From assembly GCA_038043045.1 (NCBI GenBank), contig JBBTCX010000081.1, positions 5,561-69,560 of the forward strand: DNA of 64,000 nt. Direction: 5' to 3'. Positions within the stretch are counted from its first letter, which is position 1; each line of letters opens with the position of its first letter. The position numbers and the translations under genes are program-made. Origin of the DNA: Planctomycetota bacterium. Lineage in GTDB: Bacteria > Planctomycetota > Phycisphaerae > UBA1845. A model generated the notes under the pieces. That model did not search any database and had not been told where the DNA came from. It worked only from the letters and a program-made list of their open reading frames with translations. This document shows positions 9,497 to 16,400 of this stretch, one piece after another.

Positions 9497-10503
9497 ACCT
9501 TTGGGTGAAGTTCGGGATTTCGTGTTTGAGCATTTTGTTGACCGAGGGTTGGGCTGTCGCACAGACTCCGGGTAGATATGCGGGGAATTGTACGGACTCG
9601 GCCTGTCACAAGGGGTTGACGGAACTCAAAGTCGTTCATGCGCCGATTACGCAGGGGGCTTGTGATGCCTGCCATGAATCGATCGCCGGCGAAGAACACA
9701 AGTTTCGCCTCGCAAGAACTGGAGGCGAGCTCTGCACGGAATGTCATGAAGATGTCACCAAGGACCTGCCGTTTGTCCATGGTCCGGTAGCGGTCGGGGC
9801 ATGCACGGCCTGTCATCAAGCACATTCGTCCAATCTTGCCCATCTTCTAGTCCGTGAAGAAAAAAACTTGTGTGTGGAATGCCATTCAGCCATTCAAGAG
9901 CGCTTGGGAACCGGCAGCCATGTTCATCGTCCGGTAAGCGAAGGATGTCTCGGTTGCCACCAGGGACACGGGGCCAAGAACAAGATGATGCTCTCCACAG
10001 AAGCCCCAAGGCTTTGTTTGGACTGTCACGGCGAGATTGAGACGTTGCTATCTGACAATCCGCATCAACACGGGCCGGTGGGGAAAGGGGAATGCGCCGC
10101 TTGTCACGATCCGCACGGGAGCGTGAATGCGGCGTTGCTCGCTCAGGATTACCCGCCCAAGTTCTATGCTCCATTTGTAGAAAAGGCCTATTCGCTTTGT
10201 TTCGAGTGCCATGAGTCCGAGGCTTTCACGGAAAAACTGACCGATAAAGCCACCGGATTCCGAGACGGAACGAGAAATCTGCACTATTTGCACGTGAATC
10301 AGAGCGTCAAGGGGCGAACCTGCCGTGCCTGTCACGACCCCCATGCCACAAAAAATTCCAAACAAATCCTGGAAAGCGTTCCGTTTGGCACTTGGAAAAT
10401 CCCTTTGAACTTCAAGGAAACCGAGATTGGGGGTTCTTGTGCACCGGGTTGCCACAAACCCGCGACGTACAAACGGACAGAGACAGCGGGCGTATCACCC
10501 TAA
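9493..10503 (+). CDS. Multihaem c-type cytochrome (9 CXXCH + CX4CH + CX3CH)
   Basis: 336-aa ORF with signal peptide ISCLSILLTEGWAVAQ. Motifs: CDACH, CTECH, CTACH, CVECH, CLGCH, CLDCH, CAACH, CFECH, CRACH, plus CTDSACH and CAPGCH. Confidence 0.9.
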   Translation: MNLWVKFGISCLSILLTEGWAVAQTPGRYAGNCTDSACHKGLTELKVVHAPITQGACDACHESIAGEEHKFRLARTGGELCTECHEDVTKDLPFVHGPVAVGACTACHQAHSSNLAHLLVREEKNLCVECHSAIQERLGTGSHVHRPVSEGCLGCHQGHGAKNKMMLSTEAPRLCLDCHGEIETLLSDNPHQHGPVGKGECAACHDPHGSVNAALLAQDYPPKFYAPFVEKAYSLCFECHESEAFTEKLTDKATGFRDGTRNLHYLHVNQSVKGRTCRACHDPHATKNSKQILESVPFGTWKIPLNFKETEIGGSCAPGCHKPATYKRTETAGVSP

Positions 10504-10744
10504 GTCACGCTTACGCCGTCCCTTTTGAACGCAACATGAGCCGACCAGCACCACAAACAATCCTCGGCGCTCTTTGAAACTACCCTCAAGGACTCGAAAA
10601 CCGCTGGATCGCAAGTGGCACGCAACATGCCGAGTGATTCCCGGATAGCGCGTTCGCGGTATTGGTCGTGAACGGACGTGGAAAAGGGCGAGGGCGGCGG
10701 CGTATGATTCTATGTCGGGCCCGGAAGCAAGAAGGAGGATTAAC

Positions 10745-11389
10745 ATGAAGCGGTTAAGTTGGCTACTTCCAGCGGCGGGGATGTCCATCTTGGCCGTGGT
10801 AGCTTTGGGGCAGATTGTACCGGGTGATCCAGCCAGCTACCCGTCGGTCAACGTAGTGAATACGCCTCACAATTTGAATAACTATCCGGGAGTAAATATT
10901 CCGGGCAACCAGGTGTGCCTACCGTGTCACACCCCACACAATGCTTTGTTGTCCGGTGATAAGAATGTGCTGTGGAACCACGCGGAGACGACACAGACGT
11001 TCGTGATGTACAAGAGTACGGCCGGTCAGCCGGAAGGACCCAGCAAATTGTGCCTGAGCTGCCATGACGGCGTGACCGCCATCGACAATTACGGCGGAAA
11101 CGGCGGAACGGGAATCGTCATCACCGGGCGGGCAGCGCTTGGAACGGATCTTTCGAACGACCACCCGATCGGTGTGGCCTACCCCACGGCTTTGCCGACA
11201 GAATACCGCGACCCGAGTTCGTTTGCCCCAGGAATCGGCGGCGGACCGGGAGTGCGCCTGGTGGAGATCAACAGCGTGGAGCGAGTGGAATGCACCTCGT
11301 GCCACAACGTGCACAACAATGGATTGGGCAATTTCCTTCGAGTACCGATTCAAGAAAGCTATCTTTGTCTGCAATGCCATAACAAATGA
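10745..11389 (+). CDS. Tetrahaem c-type cytochrome (paired-CXXCH type)
   Basis: Start moved to ATG 10745, which is preceded by AAGGAGG. Signal peptide MKRLSWLLPAAGMSILAVVALG. Motifs CLPCH, CLSCH, CTSCH, CLQCH. NDHPIGVAYP is paralogous to the motif in the 6924 gene. Confidence 0.85.
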   Translation: MKRLSWLLPAAGMSILAVVALGQIVPGDPASYPSVNVVNTPHNLNNYPGVNIPGNQVCLPCHTPHNALLSGDKNVLWNHAETTQTFVMYKSTAGQPEGPSKLCLSCHDGVTAIDNYGGNGGTGIVITGRAALGTDLSNDHPIGVAYPTALPTEYRDPSSFAPGIGGGPGVRLVEINSVERVECTSCHNVHNNGLGNFLRVPIQESYLCLQCHNK

Positions 11390-11564
11390 TGTGACGGACA
11401 GTTACGCCTGCCCGATGATCATCGAACCGCACTCTGCCGGACGTTCGGACCGTGCGGTTTTTTTGTCGCCACCCGCGTACCAAGAAACCGCTTGTTCATG
11501 GCTCTGGGCCGTTCCTCATTCTGCGGATAGGCTGCCCTTGGGGCCTGCGCTATGCACGAGATGA

Positions 11565-13466
11565 ATGACCGTGACTGAAACCCCTCAAGCGCTCTGGCGA
11601 AATGGACTGACGATGGTCGGCGGTCTATTGGCCGCCTTGATCACGCTCTTCATCATCAGTTTTCTCACCATCGATCTCACATCCGAACACCCCAGTCCGT
11701 ACATTGGGTTATTCACGTACCTTGTTTTTCCGGGTGTGCTGGTCCTTGCCATCTGGATGATTCTTGTTGGGTTATTTCTGGCTCGGCGACGCTTGCGTCG
11801 ATTGCGCGGAAGCGTGGGGCAGGTTCAGTATTATCCTCGGTTCGACTTGAACGACGTTCGTCATCGTCGGGTGTTGGCAATTGGTGGAGTGGCCATGACC
11901 TTGACTCTTCCGATTATTGGCCTGCTCAGTTATGAAGGCTATCATTACACTGATTCCAACGAATTCTGTGGCTCGGTCTGTCACACGGTGATGGAACCTC
12001 AGTTCGCTGCTTACCAACAGTCGCCTCATGCCCATGTTCATTGCGCGGAATGCCACATCGGTTCCGGGGCGAGCTGGTACGTGAAATCGAAACTTTCGGG
12101 CATTCGGCAAGTATTTGCGGTCGTTTTGGGTACGTTTCCGCGCCCGATTCCTCCGGCGATCCAAGAGCTTCGCCCCGCCACCGAAACGTGTCAGCAGTGC
12201 CACTGGCCTTCCAAGTTCTACGGCGATCAACTGGTAACGATCGATCACTACGGATCGGATGAAAAAAATACAGCGGGCCGTATTCGCATGTTGCTGAAAA
12301 CCGGCGGAAGCGATCCCTCGACCGGTCCGCCGTCCGGAATTCATTGGCACATGGCGTTGGGTTTCACAGTGGAATATGTCGCGGTGGACGATCACTTGCA
12401 GGAGATTCCGTGGGTGAAGACGACGGACCACGCCACCAACCAATCGCGCGTTTTCCGGTCCGATGGTTTGATGGAAAAGGACCCGCCGCCGAAAGGAACG
12501 CGTCGAACCGTGGATTGCATGGACTGCCACAATCGTCCGACGCACATTTTCCGATCTCCTGAAAAAGCCGCCGACAGCGCCCTTCACGTTCATTCCGCGC
12601 TGCAAACTCTGCCTTTCGCGAAACGAGAACTCGTCGCCGCACTGGCTCGGTCGTATCCCACCAAGAACGACGGAAATCGTGAGATCAAGGAAGCCCTCGA
12701 ATCGTTCTATCGAGACCAATACACACAAGTTTGGAACGATCGGCGTCGCGACGTGGAGCAGCTCGTCGACGCGGCATTGGAAATCTATCGGGCCACGGCG
12801 TTCCCGGAGATGAACGTGTCGTGGCGTACCTACCCGAACAACATCGGTCATAAGATTTTCCCAGGCTGCTTCCGATGTCATGATGATAAACATGTGGATG
12901 ATTCCGGCAGATCGATGAACCGTGATTGCGGCGCTTGCCACGAATTCCTTGTTCCATCCAACGGGGATTTGGGCTCGAACACCGTTCATGTGGGTGGGTT
13001 CGTGCATCCCTTTTCCCTGGTGGGTCCGCATGCCGCTTTGCGGTGTGACCAGTGTCACACGGGTGGCGTCGCACCGAATCCGACCTGTGCCGGGTGCCAT
13101 GTCTCGGTCGCGGATTTTCGCGCGGGCACGCTGCCGGGATGGAGCAAGACGAAACTGCCCGCTGATTCCATGCGCGACATCGCCGATTGCGAGGCGTGTC
13201 ACGATCTGGCACGACAAATGACACTGGAAACCCTGGATGAGAAATGCATGGATTGTCACTCCGACGAGGAAGATAAATTTCGAGGCTTGTTGGCGTCCTG
13301 GAAGCGGGAAGTCGATGCACTACTGGTCCCCTTGGAACAATCGGCGCCGGGAGATAAGCAACTGATCGGCTCGTTGCAAAAAGCAGGACCGCTGCACAAC
13401 ATCGAGGCCACGCGCGAAATACTCAAAACGCTACCGAGCGCGGCGTCGGAGGTCAGCCCAAAATGA
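11565..13466 (+). CDS. Membrane-anchored NapC/NirT-type multihaem cytochrome (9 CXXCH + CX3CH)
   Basis: 633-aa ORF. Two N-terminal hydrophobic helices (GGLLAALITLFIISFLTIDL, VFPGVLVLAIWMILVGLFLA) and a third (AIGGVAMTLTLPIIGLL). The NapC/NirT-like first motif context is EFCGSVCHTVM...HCAECHIG. Further motifs: CQQCH, CMDCH, CFRCH, CGACH, CDQCH, CAGCH, CEACH, CMDCH. Confidence 0.85.
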   Translation: MTVTETPQALWRNGLTMVGGLLAALITLFIISFLTIDLTSEHPSPYIGLFTYLVFPGVLVLAIWMILVGLFLARRRLRRLRGSVGQVQYYPRFDLNDVRHRRVLAIGGVAMTLTLPIIGLLSYEGYHYTDSNEFCGSVCHTVMEPQFAAYQQSPHAHVHCAECHIGSGASWYVKSKLSGIRQVFAVVLGTFPRPIPPAIQELRPATETCQQCHWPSKFYGDQLVTIDHYGSDEKNTAGRIRMLLKTGGSDPSTGPPSGIHWHMALGFTVEYVAVDDHLQEIPWVKTTDHATNQSRVFRSDGLMEKDPPPKGTRRTVDCMDCHNRPTHIFRSPEKAADSALHVHSALQTLPFAKRELVAALARSYPTKNDGNREIKEALESFYRDQYTQVWNDRRRDVEQLVDAALEIYRATAFPEMNVSWRTYPNNIGHKIFPGCFRCHDDKHVDDSGRSMNRDCGACHEFLVPSNGDLGSNTVHVGGFVHPFSLVGPHAALRCDQCHTGGVAPNPTCAGCHVSVADFRAGTLPGWSKTKLPADSMRDIADCEACHDLARQMTLETLDEKCMDCHSDEEDKFRGLLASWKREVDALLVPLEQSAPGDKQLIGSLQKAGPLHNIEATREILKTLPSAASEVSPK

Positions 13467-13502
13467 CGGTGCGAACGGGTCAACTGGAATAAGGCGGAAC
13501 GC

Positions 13503-15413
13503 ATGGTGTTTACCGCGACAAGTCTGATCGTCTGGGCGATCGTGGGACAAGGGTCGCCGCCAGTTACAAGGAGTTGCACCGACTGCCATGATCCACAGCA
13601 CGTTGCGACCTTGCCGTTCGGTTCGTCTACCGGAAAGCTTGCGGATTCCGTTCATTCCCGACTTGATTGCGTAGATTGCCACGCCGCGATTTCCATGGAG
13701 AAGGTCGACGTTTCAGCGAAAAAACCGCATGGGTCTAAGGTCTCGTCGGTCCAGTGCGGGGAATGTCACGACGCCGAGGCGCAGGTGTATCGACAACACG
13801 GTCGCCTGGCCGTCGGTTCGAATCCCGACATCCCCGGTTGTGCGAATTGCCACGGTACCCACGATATTCTTGCGTCGTCGCATCGAGAGTCTCGCGTCCA
13901 TCCGGTCAATCTCGCGGCGACTTGCGAGGCCTGCCACACCAACGTGGACATCATCAAGAACCACGACTTACTCAAGGAAGAACCCCTCAAGCTGTATGAG
14001 AGCAGCGCTCACGGTCGCGCCACTCACCGAGGACTGCAAATGGCGGCGACCTGCGGTGACTGCCATTCCGCCGGCGGCCCAAAAGGCGAACGAACCGCGC
14101 ACCGAATTCTCAGCGCGGCGGACCGGGATTCCACCATTTATCACTTCAATATCCCGGATACGTGCGGCAAGTGTCATCGAGGCATCGCGGAGGATTATTG
14201 GGAGGGAATTCACGGGCAGTTGGCCAAACGCGGAGAGGTTGACGCCCCGACCTGTACACGATGTCACGGCGAACACGGCATCCTGCCCGCGTCCGATTTG
14301 CGTTCCCCGGTGAGTGCCGCGCGATTGGCGGAGGCGACCTGCGCTCCGTGCCACGAATCGGCACTGCTCAGCGAACGATACGGTGTACCGGCCGGACGGT
14401 TGAAATCCTACGTCGACTCTTATCACGGCCTGAAGCGCAAGGCGGGCAACGTTCTTGTGGCCAATTGCGCCTCGTGTCACGGGCAGCACCGCATTCTCCC
14501 CCATACCGATCCCCGATCGTCCATTCACCCCAACAACTTGCCGAATACGTGCGGAGATTGTCACCCCGGTATTTCGCGGGTGATGGCCACCGCGCCGATT
14601 CATGAAACCGCCACGGGAATCAAGGCCGGTTGGCCAAGGTTTGTCGCCCTGTTTTATATTGTGCTCATTGTCGTCACGATCGGGGCGATGGTCGTTCACA
14701 ACGTTGGGCATTGGTGGTCGCGAGTTCGGGTGTTGGCCAGGGTCGAATCTGTTGCTCGATTATCGCCCGGCGAAACGGCGCAACATTGGGTGTTGATGAT
14801 TTCGTTTATCGTGCTGGTGATCTCCGGATTCTCGCTTCGATTTTCGGAATCCTGGTGGGTAGACCTTCTCTTTGGCTGGGGCGGCGGCGAAGGCTTTGTG
14901 ATTCGCGGGACGATTCATCGCGTGTCAGCAGTCGTGTTTATGATTTGGGCGGCGTGGCATCTTCTATATTTGTGCACGGCGCGAGGTCGGCAGTGGTTCA
15001 AGGACATGATCGCCACGCGGAACGACGTGACGCATATCAAACAAAACGCGCTCTACTTTCTTGGGCGGCGCAACCAAGAGCCGCGCTTCGGTCGTTTCAG
15101 TTACATGGAAAAATGTGAATATTGGGCCTTGCTGTGGGGTGCGGCCATCATGACCGCTACCGGAGTTCTCCTTTGGTTTGATAATTACTTCGTCCAGCAA
15201 TGGCATCTTCCCAAAGGCGTGCTCGACGTGGCCTTGGTCATCCATTACTACGAAGCGTGGCTCGCATCATTAGCGATCTTCGTGTGGCACATCTACGGCA
15301 CGTTGTTCAGTCCGTCGGTTTATCCAATGAACCCCGCGTGGTGGAAGGGCCGCATGCCGCTTTCGATGTATACCCATGAGCATCCCGAGGGTCCCATTCC
15401 TCCGGATGTTTAA
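13503..15413 (+). CDS. 11-haem c-type cytochrome fused to a C-terminal FdnI/HydC-like membrane cytochrome b domain
   Basis: 636-aa ORF with 11 CXXCH (CTDCH, CVDCH, CGECH, CANCH, CEACH, CGDCH, CGKCH, CTRCH, CAPCH, CASCH, CGDCH). About 5 predicted TM helices follow, with conserved His (TAQHWVLMISFIVLVISGF, IHRVSAVVFMIWAAWHLLYL, VIHYYEAWLASLAIFVWHIYG). Confidence 0.85.
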   Translation: MVFTATSLIVWAIVGQGSPPVTRSCTDCHDPQHVATLPFGSSTGKLADSVHSRLDCVDCHAAISMEKVDVSAKKPHGSKVSSVQCGECHDAEAQVYRQHGRLAVGSNPDIPGCANCHGTHDILASSHRESRVHPVNLAATCEACHTNVDIIKNHDLLKEEPLKLYESSAHGRATHRGLQMAATCGDCHSAGGPKGERTAHRILSAADRDSTIYHFNIPDTCGKCHRGIAEDYWEGIHGQLAKRGEVDAPTCTRCHGEHGILPASDLRSPVSAARLAEATCAPCHESALLSERYGVPAGRLKSYVDSYHGLKRKAGNVLVANCASCHGQHRILPHTDPRSSIHPNNLPNTCGDCHPGISRVMATAPIHETATGIKAGWPRFVALFYIVLIVVTIGAMVVHNVGHWWSRVRVLARVESVARLSPGETAQHWVLMISFIVLVISGFSLRFSESWWVDLLFGWGGGEGFVIRGTIHRVSAVVFMIWAAWHLLYLCTARGRQWFKDMIATRNDVTHIKQNALYFLGRRNQEPRFGRFSYMEKCEYWALLWGAAIMTATGVLLWFDNYFVQQWHLPKGVLDVALVIHYYEAWLASLAIFVWHIYGTLFSPSVYPMNPAWWKGRMPLSMYTHEHPEGPIPPDV

Positions 15414-15590
15414 CCAAGTCGCAGCTTGTAAGTCGTGACGGAAGGAGGTAAGTCTTCTATTCGAGTCATCGACCCGACATTCGCGGCTACCACGACGATA
15501 TTGCTTTACACAATGAAAATACCTGTGATCTCCTCCGCGGGTCCGATTTACTTGACCCTGTAGGTCCACTATCCACGGCCATTGCCAGTC

Positions 15591-16301
15591 TCAGCCTCCG
15601 ACAAATTCGTTTTGGAGGAACGCCAAATCTCGGAGGTCGACATCGCCGTCTTCATCGTAGTCTGAGGCTGTGAAGAGCTCCGCAGTGCACGAACCTCCCG
15701 GTGAGCTACCCCCGGGACCGCTACGGCAACTGGTGAAATCGCGAAAGGCGAAGAGGTTCAAGACACTCAAAGCGATCCGCTGGATTTTTCCTCGCTCTGA
15801 GATCAGGAGGTTGCGAACAAACTTCTCCGGTCCGCTGCCGGTTTGCATGAGAATTCGGACGATGGCTGGATTGGATGGATTCAACACTGCCGCAGTGCCG
15901 CTTGGTGGCACTCCGTCGGGAGTGGACTCGCAACGGACCTTCAGGGCGTAGAGGTTGCCGGGGCAATCGTCGAGGAGTCCATCCGCCGGGGAGTTGTCAC
16001 GTGCCGTGCCACACCCGGTCACTCCCGTGCAGCCCGGATTGGAACAACTCCGCTCGCAGACGTCGCGCACGCCGTCGGCGTTGCAATCAGCGAAGTCGAA
16101 GCGGCCTATCTCTTGACCGGATGCAAGCCGAGCCACGAGAACGACTGCTTCCTGTTGATGAGCCGGCACGCCGTTCACGGTTGCCGTGCCGTAGAGAATT
16201 GCGTCCGGTTCAGGAATGCCTGCCAACAATCTACTCAACAACCCTAATGAGAACACTACTGCCATTCGCACTGTCATTTGATTCACCCTATGGACCTGCA
16301 A
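15591..16301 (-). CDS. Secreted Cys-rich protein with C-terminal dockerin-like module
   Basis: 236-aa ORF. The likely start is the internal MTVRMAVVFSLGLLSRLLAG (about 16277). C-terminus FRDFTSCRSGPG...CTAELFTASDYDEDGDVDLRDLAFLQNEF. Confidence 0.65.
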   Translation of the reverse strand: MQVHRVNQMTVRMAVVFSLGLLSRLLAGIPEPDAILYGTATVNGVPAHQQEAVVLVARLASGQEIGRFDFADCNADGVRDVCERSCSNPGCTGVTGCGTARDNSPADGLLDDCPGNLYALKVRCESTPDGVPPSGTAAVLNPSNPAIVRILMQTGSGPEKFVRNLLISERGKIQRIALSVLNLFAFRDFTSCRSGPGGSSPGGSCTAELFTASDYDEDGDVDLRDLAFLQNEFVGG

Positions 16302-16400
16302 CTGCAGGCCACCAAAATATCGCCAACCCTTTCACTTCGTCCGCTTCCATCACAACTCATTCGTTCCGGAGTTTCACCCGACGTCTGCGCGGCCTGGTTC

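Noticed and set aside
11772-13259. 495-aa ORF antisense to the NapC/NirT cytochrome gene. Similar long shadow ORFs occur at 40559..41926, 46705..47649, 31147..31911, 18933..19775, 62075..62977, 55737..56321, 56888..57673, 50088..50840 and 58309..58923.
   Set aside because: The opposite strand carries clear domain signatures in each case (haem motifs, VWA, kinase, RHS repeats, Fe-S, PLP lyase). The shadow ORFs are Arg/Pro/Gly-rich with no motifs, which is the usual artefact of high-GC DNA.
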